Virus record (IMG/VR): IMGVR_UViG_3300044712_002165
Span: 11,143-75,142 of that record
DNA length: 64,000 bases
Source: a virus
Reading direction: 5' to 3' (one strand)
Shown: positions 56,798 to 64,000 of the stretch, piece by piece
Layout: every line of letters begins with the position of its first letter
How positions within the stretch are numbered: position 1 is the first letter of the stretch
Notes under the pieces: generated by a model
Database searches by the model: none
Seen by the model: the letters and a program-made list of their open reading frames with translations, nothing else
What the model was told of the DNA's origin: nothing
Made by a program: the position numbers and the translations under genes

Positions 56798-57426
56798 ATT
56801 GGAACAAAGTCCGCTTGTTCGGGTTTCGGGCCACCGTCGAGAAGGTCGAAGAGAAAATCGGTCGAATCTTCGTGCCCGAGAACAGACAGATGATCTACCA
56901 GATCGGGCGCGTGGTCTGCGTCGGCGATTGCACGCAGCCTGATGGAACGAAGGAGGACAGCTTGGTGCAGCTCGGCGACCTGGTCTTCTTCCAGACCAAC
57001 GCCATGATCGCGGCGAACCAGCAGTACGAGTACGAGGGCAACAGCTACCTCAACCTTCACCAGGGCGATCTGATCGGCACGCTTTCCAGCAACGATCTTC
57101 GCTTCGAGAACTTCACGCCCCTTGGTCGCTGGGTCTTCGCTGAGCCATTCACGCGCCAGAACTCCAGCGGCATCCTGCTGCCGGAGACCGCCAACGAGGT
57201 CCCCGTCTACTTCAAGGTGGCCAAGGTCGGCAGCCGCGCCAAGCTGGACGTGAAGGAAGGCCAGGAGGTCATCATCAACGTTGGGCGCGCCAACCGAATT
57301 GACATGCGGCGGACAGACATCGCCGCAGCCAATGCCGACGCCATCGCGCACTTCGTGTACCTGGACCGCGATTTCGTGCTCGGCGCGGTGGGCGAAGAGG
57401 ATGAAAAGGCCGTAGTTACGGCGTGA
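56794..57426 (+). CDS. co-chaperonin with two tandem GroES-like domains
   Basis: GRIFVPE..GRVVCVG..VQLGDLV; PLGRWV..SSGILLPE..VAKVG..VKEGQEV. Confidence 0.8.
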   Translation: MNWNKVRLFGFRATVEKVEEKIGRIFVPENRQMIYQIGRVVCVGDCTQPDGTKEDSLVQLGDLVFFQTNAMIAANQQYEYEGNSYLNLHQGDLIGTLSSNDLRFENFTPLGRWVFAEPFTRQNSSGILLPETANEVPVYFKVAKVGSRAKLDVKEGQEVIINVGRANRIDMRRTDIAAANADAIAHFVYLDRDFVLGAVGEEDEKAVVTA

Positions 57427-60400
57427 CCGAAGTTGGTGTCATCTGGGGTGCCATCGCCTACGCACCGGGCAGCCAAATTGAGGGCAGAATCGTCATTCGT
57501 GACGGTGCTGGCCGGGCTCCCCAGAGCATTCGCTGGCAGGCGGAGTACAATTCGGCGAACACGGTGCTCAGCGGGAGCACCGAGCAAATCGTCATCCCGC
57601 GGGCGGAATCCGGGCTTTACCGAGTCATCATCACCGTAGTCGATAGCGCCGGACAGACCGTGTCCGGCGCTAGCTCCATTGCGGTAGGAGATTTTTCGCA
57701 GCAGACACGGGCATCTGTTCAAGTTCGACCCGAAAACGGCACGTTCGTCCTCATGGGGCGACTGTTTACGTTTCACAAGGTCTTTGGTCCTTCGACTGCG
57801 GCGTCTGGTCCTTCGGTTGTGTTTACGGATTCTGAGGACATCTTCCTCATCCCTGGCACGACTCACGTCACGTTCGACTTTGATCCGGCGGCGAGTTCAG
57901 GTGCCGACGATGTTGTGGCCAGGACCCGCTACGGTAACTGGGCACTCCGTGGCGGCGCTGGTCTCAATGGAACACAGCGCCTGGGATATGCCTACCGGAT
58001 CGACAACACCTTCGTACCAGCTCCTGCGGACCTGCGCCTGAGGCTGACGATGGATGCTGTGCGCCTCGCAGCCGGCACCGTCCCTCAGGGCAGCTTTCGC
58101 GTGCGTATCAACTGCTGGAGGCTCACCAGCACGCTGTTCCAGTACGAGCGCTGCCCGTTCTCGATCCACCCAGGTGGCCAGGCGTTTCGCCAACGCCGGT
58201 TCGCTGTGCTTTTCACTGAGGCCGAGATCGAGACTGACTACCTCAGCCCGCAGAACAACCGTCTTCTGGCGACCTCCACCCGCACGGTCTTCTCGGCTCC
58301 AAACGTCACGACGATTCCGTCGATGGCGTTGGCAGCCACAGGCAGTCCATACCCGACCAATCAGGGCACAGGCTCAGCGTACACCGAAGCCAACAGATAC
58401 GCCGTATACGAAACGTCAGGGCAGACAGAAAACCTGGACATCAAAGCGGTCGCAGGTCTTGAGGGAGCCCGACCTTTTGCCCTATGGCTGAACCAGCAGG
58501 ACAACCCCAAGGTTGTTCAGCGCATCAAGCGTCTCGGCGGTGAACTGGTCGTCTACGTCAACAACGGTCCGATCATCGCCGGCAGTTTCGTCACCGTGCG
58601 CGTCGAGTCTGGGCAGGGCCTGATCTCGCGCACGTTTGCCGTTTCTGAGACGGTCTACTCTGGCGATCCAGAGCTGTTCGTTCGCGTTGGTTCAGTCGCT
58701 TTTGACGAGGAGGACTTTCAGTTTGGCATCACCGGTCTGGTTGCCAACTGTTTCGTCAGCGAAATTAGCGTTCCAAATTCGCCATCCAGCATTCAGTCGG
58801 AGTCTTACCCTGCCTGGGGTCCGGAGGTGATTCTGGCAGGGACGGCGACTCCAGCCATTCACTTCGACGGAGCCTGCTACGTCAACCCGACTCAGGTTGC
58901 CTTCACGGTTGCCGAAGAGGTTGCCGTCGTCACGGCGATCCAGGGATGCCACAACTCCGTCTGCGGCCCGGTCGGGCTCTACTGCTACACCGACGGCCTG
59001 TCGGAAACGCCCAGTGTCACGGTCAGTGCCTCGGACGCTTCTGCTGGAGAGCCCTACAACCAGGGTGCGTTCACGTTTACGAGAACAGGCTCGACCGCTG
59101 GCACCCTGACCGTGGATTTCACGGTCGCCGGCAGCGCGACTCCAGGGGCGGATTACAACAACATCGGTACCTCGGTCACGTTCAGCGCCGGTCAAGCAAC
59201 GGCGATCAAGTACGTCAACGTCATCAATGATGCGGACATCGAGAGCGACGAGACGGTCATCGTCACGTTGCAGCCTGGCACCGGCTACACGGTTGGGTCA
59301 CCGGATACGGCCACTGTGACGATCACCAGCGAGGACCTGCCTGTCGTGACGGTGGCGGCGACCGATGCTCTGGCTTCGGAGACTGGACCGGATACAGGAA
59401 CGTTTACGTTTTACCGGACAGGTCCTACGACGGGCAGCCTGTCCGTCCTTTTCGCCGTTGGTGGCACGGCATCCAGCGGCACGGACTACCTGCCCATTGT
59501 AAGCCCGGTCGTTTTCTCGCCTGGCCAGGCGTCAGTCACGAAAACCCTCACACCGATCAACGACGTAAACGTCGAGCCTGTGGAGACGGTCACCGTGACC
59601 GTTTTGCCGGGTACAGGCTATTCCGTCGGTGCTCCTTCGTCTGCTTCTGCGGACATCACGAGCGATGACGTGATTCCGACAATCACGGTCAGCGCCACCG
59701 ACAGTACGGCCACTGAAGCTGGGCCTACTACCGGAACGTTTACATTTTACAGAACCGGCACCACGGTTGGGTCCTTGACCGTTTACTTCACTGTCGGCGG
59801 GTCTGCCGCTTCAGGCACCGATTACGCAAGCATTGGAACTTCTGTCACCTTCGGGCCAGGCGACGCGACAGCGACGAAGACTGTCACGCCCGTCAATGAT
59901 TCCGACGTTGAGATCGACGAGACCGTCACCGTCACGCTTCAGGCTGATCCAGCCTACGCGGTTGGAGCACCCAATACGGCAACAGTCACGATCACAAGCG
60001 ACGACGTTGTTCCGTCCGCCATGCTCACCGTCACTCTGGAAGGCGGGCAGGATGTGGATGCCTGGGCCTGGGACACCAACGTGGTCGTTCGCCAAGAGTA
60101 TGAACTGGTGGCGTACTCGGCCTTGAACGACAGCCGTCCTGACCTCGTCTACCCGTACATCGACGGCAGTAACGGCGACAACGATCCATTTGTAAACGGC
60201 GATCCGGCGTACAAGGGCATGATGGAGGATGTCCTGGAGCGCGGTCGTGATGTTGAATTTCCGTTGATTGACCCGACATTGGACGGCGTCACATCGCCGA
60301 CTTGGGTCTACGGTTACCAAGGTGGACGCCTGGGCTTCCCGCATACGTTTTGGAATGCGTACACCGAGTATCCGGTGGTTTTTTGGAACGGCTGGTCGGC

Positions 60401-60884
60401 GATTGTTTACGGATTCAAGAAGTCCGACTACCCCAACGTCATTCCTGGTCGCTACGACTCTGACCCTACAACTTCGACAGGCAACGTTGCTATCCCGGGC
60501 ACCATCGGTCAGGACTACACAGCCAGTGTGCGCGTCCGTGGGGTCTTTCAGCGCTCGGTGTACACGGGGGGCTCCAACAACGGGGCTTACCTCCAGACAG
60601 GTGGCGCAGTTCAGGACACGTTCCAGGACAAGATCAAGCTGACCATCAGCGATCCGCCGGCCGTCTACTATCTCAATCGCAGCGCCACGGCGTCGCCTAC
60701 GAGCTACAACGTGCCTGTTGACTACACCGTTTCGATCCCGGTGAAGGGCGGCGCAACCGCGACAGTGGAGATCGACAACCAGGACGGATTCCAGTACCGA
60801 GCAGGATCGGATGGGCAGCCTGTTCCGCTCAGCGGATTCTCACCGTCCGAAAACGTCTGGGTGCGCCTCGACATTACACTGTGA
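57423..60884 (+). CDS. large virion protein with three Calx-beta repeats
   Basis: Three copies of VTV.A.D..A.E..FTF.RTG..LTV.F.V.G.A..G.DY..ND..E..ETV.VT. Confidence 0.85.
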   Translation: MTEVGVIWGAIAYAPGSQIEGRIVIRDGAGRAPQSIRWQAEYNSANTVLSGSTEQIVIPRAESGLYRVIITVVDSAGQTVSGASSIAVGDFSQQTRASVQVRPENGTFVLMGRLFTFHKVFGPSTAASGPSVVFTDSEDIFLIPGTTHVTFDFDPAASSGADDVVARTRYGNWALRGGAGLNGTQRLGYAYRIDNTFVPAPADLRLRLTMDAVRLAAGTVPQGSFRVRINCWRLTSTLFQYERCPFSIHPGGQAFRQRRFAVLFTEAEIETDYLSPQNNRLLATSTRTVFSAPNVTTIPSMALAATGSPYPTNQGTGSAYTEANRYAVYETSGQTENLDIKAVAGLEGARPFALWLNQQDNPKVVQRIKRLGGELVVYVNNGPIIAGSFVTVRVESGQGLISRTFAVSETVYSGDPELFVRVGSVAFDEEDFQFGITGLVANCFVSEISVPNSPSSIQSESYPAWGPEVILAGTATPAIHFDGACYVNPTQVAFTVAEEVAVVTAIQGCHNSVCGPVGLYCYTDGLSETPSVTVSASDASAGEPYNQGAFTFTRTGSTAGTLTVDFTVAGSATPGADYNNIGTSVTFSAGQATAIKYVNVINDADIESDETVIVTLQPGTGYTVGSPDTATVTITSEDLPVVTVAATDALASETGPDTGTFTFYRTGPTTGSLSVLFAVGGTASSGTDYLPIVSPVVFSPGQASVTKTLTPINDVNVEPVETVTVTVLPGTGYSVGAPSSASADITSDDVIPTITVSATDSTATEAGPTTGTFTFYRTGTTVGSLTVYFTVGGSAASGTDYASIGTSVTFGPGDATATKTVTPVNDSDVEIDETVTVTLQADPAYAVGAPNTATVTITSDDVVPSAMLTVTLEGGQDVDAWAWDTNVVVRQEYELVAYSALNDSRPDLVYPYIDGSNGDNDPFVNGDPAYKGMMEDVLERGRDVEFPLIDPTLDGVTSPTWVYGYQGGRLGFPHTFWNAYTEYPVVFWNGWSAIVYGFKKSDYPNVIPGRYDSDPTTSTGNVAIPGTIGQDYTASVRVRGVFQRSVYTGGSNNGAYLQTGGAVQDTFQDKIKLTISDPPAVYYLNRSATASPTSYNVPVDYTVSIPVKGGATATVEIDNQDGFQYRAGSDGQPVPLSGFSPSENVWVRLDITL

Positions 60885-62308
60885 GCACTGTCCTGATACC
60901 TCAGCCTCTGTACAACCCTGCGCCCTACGTTGCGTACGGGACCAATCCTGGGTACTGCTTCCACACGCCCATCCTGGTCAGCGAGTACAGCGGAACTGCC
61001 TACGACACTCTCGATATTCGACCGTACGGAGCCTCCGAATACTGCGGCAAGCTGGTCCTGTATACGAGCTGCGTTTACTCGAACTCCATCGCCGTCATCT
61101 ATCCGCCGAGCGCTTCACCGCATTCGGCTGTCGCTTACGGCGGAGCCTGCTACAGCTACAGCGGTACGATCAGTACGCCAGGGACATCTGCCGTGACCCT
61201 GGTCGGCAGCGTCACCCCTGTTTCAGACTGCTACGACCCGGTCTGCACCAAAGCTGACGTAACGGGCGACAGCTTTGTTTACAATTTTCCGTCGCAGAGC
61301 CTGCGTGTGGCAGTGGAATTTCCTCATCTTGACCGAGGTATCGCACGCTGGGGCGTCGTGCCGGCAGCACAGGACGCTCCTGCCAGTGCCCCGCTGCCGG
61401 GTCAGGCTCAGGTTTCCATCCGACGACCGCTTTCTCAGCTGGCAACGATCACCGGCACAGGTCAGATCGTGCTTACGATGCCCTCCACGAGCTACGTGAA
61501 GGACATCCTGGTCGAGCGCGGCGGGTCTTTTGTGGCAACGCTGGCCTTGGGCGTCAGCACGACCGCGGCCACTCTGAACGTCGAGAATGGCGACATTCTC
61601 TGGTTGCGCGTCGAGGCGAGCACCGGTCGCGTGCCCAGCTCGGCCGCAGGCAAGGTGTTCAAGGTGACCTGGGAGCCCGTCCTGACGCTGCCGAAGCTCT
61701 ACGACACCGGTACGCTCCAGGCGGCTGGTACGCTCCAGGCGCTTGGCTTCTGTGGCCTGACACCCTACCAGGATTACGTCTTCTACGGCACGCTTCCTGT
61801 CGATACTGTTTCAGAGCATCCGCTCAACCCAGCGTCCCTGGTGACGGTCCAGGGTGCGTCAGGGCCTGAGAGCCTGGTCATTCGTAACCGCGGCAGCGGC
61901 ATGCAGACGCCGGAGTCTGCGTGGCCCTGGTACGCTGGCGGTGCGCTGTCGTCCCCTGTTCTGTTCCGCTTCTACGCGGTCAATCCAAACCTCGATGCGC
62001 ACGGCGAAATGGACGTGTGGCTGGACAGTGACGGCACGTTCCCTTCTTCGCTCAAGATCGACGAGTTCCGAGCGCTTCTGTCCGACGGCAGCTCTTACCG
62101 GAAGACGGCAGAGGTGGGGGATACGCCGCGCAACAGCGTGCAGATCGCTTCCACGCTGACCGGCGTTTACATGCCAGGCGTCTACGCGGCGTCCGACGGT
62201 GAGCTGCGCAGCATCAAGAGCCTGTCGCCAACAGTGGCGTCGGACTCAAAGACGTTTGTTCGTCAGGGGACGGACCAAGGGCTTTCGTACACGATTCAAG
62301 CTTCTTGA
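60881..62308 (+). CDS. virion structural protein
   Basis: Coupled to the Calx-beta gene and shares its Cys motif (GACY..C..PVC). Confidence 0.65.
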   Translation: MSTVLIPQPLYNPAPYVAYGTNPGYCFHTPILVSEYSGTAYDTLDIRPYGASEYCGKLVLYTSCVYSNSIAVIYPPSASPHSAVAYGGACYSYSGTISTPGTSAVTLVGSVTPVSDCYDPVCTKADVTGDSFVYNFPSQSLRVAVEFPHLDRGIARWGVVPAAQDAPASAPLPGQAQVSIRRPLSQLATITGTGQIVLTMPSTSYVKDILVERGGSFVATLALGVSTTAATLNVENGDILWLRVEASTGRVPSSAAGKVFKVTWEPVLTLPKLYDTGTLQAAGTLQALGFCGLTPYQDYVFYGTLPVDTVSEHPLNPASLVTVQGASGPESLVIRNRGSGMQTPESAWPWYAGGALSSPVLFRFYAVNPNLDAHGEMDVWLDSDGTFPSSLKIDEFRALLSDGSSYRKTAEVGDTPRNSVQIASTLTGVYMPGVYAASDGELRSIKSLSPTVASDSKTFVRQGTDQGLSYTIQAS

Positions 62309-62654
62309 CCCATCCGTTGGGGATGTGCGCTTCGAGAAGGTGAGCGATCATGTAGAGCACCGACTTCGCTACGGTGCGCGGAGCGCCGTTGAGCGCACGG
62401 TACATGGGTTCCAGGGTGGTTCCGTTTACAGTCACCAGCACCTGGATGTGTGGGTCGCTCAGCCGGTGACGAACACCCTGCTTCATCACGACCACGAACG
62501 GCACGATGAACGCATTGATCAGGATGCGACCGTCGGAGCTTCGACAGGCTACAGGGCCTGAGTCGTCACAGTCCGAGCGCAGTCCGAGCGCAACGAATGC
62601 CCGCGACAGATCGCGCAGCATGATCCTGTAGGCCAGCTCGTCGTAGTCGTGCAC
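62214..62654 (-). CDS. hypothetical protein
   Basis: GTG 7 nt after GTTCT on the minus strand. Confidence 0.45.
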   Translation of the reverse strand: MHDYDELAYRIMLRDLSRAFVALGLRSDCDDSGPVACRSSDGRILINAFIVPFVVVMKQGVRHRLSDPHIQVLVTVNGTTLEPMYRALNGAPRTVAKSVLYMIAHLLEAHIPNGWVKKLESCTKALGPSPDEQTSLSPTPLLATGS

Positions 62655-62666
62655 GCATGCGAGAAC

Positions 62667-62694
62667 AAAAAAGCCGCTCCTTGCGGAGCGGCTT
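62667..62694 (-). terminator. intrinsic terminator
   Basis: AAGCCGCTCC-GCAA-GGAGCGGC-TTTTTT on the minus strand. Confidence 0.85.
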
Positions 62695-62721
62695 CTCGAA
62701 AGGTGAACGAAACGGCGCGGC

Positions 62722-63213
62722 TTACACGCCTTCGTTCGCCGGATTGATGTTGCCGTTGCCAGCCTGGATGTTGTTCGACGTGCTGGCCGGACCGGCGACG
62801 GTGCCCCACTTCTTCTTGAGTTCGGCCTTGTTGTAGGCTTCGTCGTAGCCGTAGCCGCGGCGACCGACGGCGACGATGTCGATCTGCGCGCCGCGCAGGT
62901 CCGCCTTGTTGCGGATGACGGTCGAGACGTTGACGGTGGTGGAGCCGGAGCCGAAGAGGCCGATGCGCTTGTTGAGCAGCACGTAGCTCTTCGTGGTGGT
63001 GCCGCCGGGGGCGACGGTGAAAGGCACACCCACGACTGCGTAGCCGGACGGCGAGGTCGTGCCGTCGTACTGCATCAGCTTGATGTATGCCTGCGAGGGA
63101 CCGGTGTTCTCGAACACCAGGTCGATGTTACCGAGGCGTTCCCCGGCGCTCTGGATGTATCCGGCGAAGACGTTGGCGTCTGTGCCGAATCCAATGGCGG
63201 ACAGTTGGTTCAT
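62722..63213 (-). CDS. probably abundant virion protein (capsid decoration-like)
   Basis: Strong C/G-ending codon bias, its own terminator, similar to 35482-35931. Confidence 0.6.
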   Translation of the reverse strand: MNQLSAIGFGTDANVFAGYIQSAGERLGNIDLVFENTGPSQAYIKLMQYDGTTSPSGYAVVGVPFTVAPGGTTTKSYVLLNKRIGLFGSGSTTVNVSTVIRNKADLRGAQIDIVAVGRRGYGYDEAYNKAELKKKWGTVAGPASTSNNIQAGNGNINPANEGV

Positions 63214-63316
63214 GGCGATTTAGGAGTTGGTTCCGAACTTCGCCCCTACCAACGCGGATTTCACCTTGCACATTCGCCGTAATTGCTGGTCAATTGTTTT
63301 AGACGCGGGAGGCCGT

Positions 63317-63352
63317 ATTTGAGGTTGACGATTGCACCGAATTTGTATACGG
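63317..63352 (+). promoter_or_regulatory. early promoter
   Basis: ATTTGAGGTTGACG..TTGTATAC, same family as 6615 and 63864. Confidence 0.6.
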
Positions 63353-63360
63353 TCTTGGTC

Positions 63361-63864
63361 ATGACGGCTACCGAACTTCGCAAGCAGGTCCAGGCTGAAC
63401 TCGAAACCGAGCAGGCGGCGATCAAGCGCCACGACATGATTGCCGAGGCGCTCAAAGACCAGGAGGGCAAGAAGATCACCCGGCGCTTCAACAACCGCCT
63501 CAGCGCCATCGGCATGGAGATTGCCGAGCGCTTCGGATCGATCTACGCGGTGCCGGCCAACCGGACCATGTGGAACGCTCAGTTCAGCCACCAGATTGGC
63601 CGCGACGTGGATGGCGGCAACGTGTACAGCCGGGAGCAGTTCGAGCACATGGACGCGTGCCAGGGATCGGCAGCCCGCGAGCGCGTCGCCGAGCGCACCG
63701 CATGGCTGGCCGGCAGCGAGCCGGAACAGGTGGCGCAGCGTGTGAGCGCTTTGGTCGAGGAGATTGGCAAATTCGCCGCGGCACCTTTTGGTCCGGGCCG
63801 GTACATCGCCCAGGGCGCGGTCAAGGCCATCCTGGAGGACAAACATCTTTGGCGCATCTCCTGA
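63361..63864 (+). CDS. hypothetical early protein
   Basis: ATG just after the promoter. Confidence 0.65.
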   Translation: MTATELRKQVQAELETEQAAIKRHDMIAEALKDQEGKKITRRFNNRLSAIGMEIAERFGSIYAVPANRTMWNAQFSHQIGRDVDGGNVYSREQFEHMDACQGSAARERVAERTAWLAGSEPEQVAQRVSALVEEIGKFAAAPFGPGRYIAQGAVKAILEDKHLWRIS

Positions 63865-63899
63865 TTTGAGGTTGACGGCGCGCTCAAACCGTATACACT
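63864..63899 (+). promoter_or_regulatory. early promoter
   Basis: ATTTGAGGTTGACGGCGCGCTCAAA identical to 6615-6639, then GTATACACT. Confidence 0.7.
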
Positions 63900-63905
63900 T
63901 TAGCC

Positions 63906-64000
63906 ATGATGAACGCACTTGAGATCGCCAAGCGAGACTTCGACCGCGCCGACCGCGCCGTCGGCGACGCTCTCATCAGTGCTCGTGTTGCCGGTCTCGT
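63906..64000 (+). CDS. 3'-truncated hypothetical early protein
   Basis: ATG 6 nt after TACACT; frame open to the window end. Confidence 0.5.
   Translation, partial: MMNALEIAKRDFDRADRAVGDALISARVAGL

Noticed and set aside
59010-60010. Three ~340-nt diverged repeats as DGR template/variable repeats
   Set aside because: They are Calx-beta domain repeats with divergence at all bases, and no reverse transcriptase is in the window
1-64000. Alternative genetic code, or prophage/host boundary
   Set aside because: Genes are intact under code 11 with all three stops used. No integrase, att site or host housekeeping block is seen.

Overview
This window is a 64-kb segment of a large, high-GC (roughly 60%) T4-like myophage genome. 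It carries two tRNAs and head genes (neck, prohead protease-scaffold, gp23-type major capsid). It also has tail and baseplate genes (sheath, tube, gp15-, gp5- and hub-like) and replication/recombination genes (gp32-like SSB, UvsX/RecA, UvsY-like, gp46/SbcC, primase, 5'-3' exonuclease). Other content includes two sigma-like genes, HU, a tandem GroES and several sugar-modification clusters. The standout is a minus-strand cassette just downstream of the capsid gene. It holds a lone Cas7/RAMP-like gene (27536-28264), a small accessory gene (27091-27570) and a ~730-nt non-coding array (26363-27088). The array has 13 units built from a strict 5-nt period (GGA-NN on the transcribed strand), separated by a GGC-AGGA junction. 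When the variable dinucleotides are read as codon positions 1-2 with the wobble base skipped, they spell protein-like peptides, including a metallophosphoesterase motif (LVLLGD[FL][FL][HQ]A). This points to an RNA-guided system with a gapped code. It resembles what I recall being reported as VIPR, but here the constant triplet is mostly GGA. Other signals are three promoter classes with mostly leaderless starts, an excess of GTWWAC hexamers, a shared 'LLE' N-terminal motif on putative head-packaged enzymes, and a candidate +1 frameshift. All assignments come from reading motifs by eye; no database searches were run.
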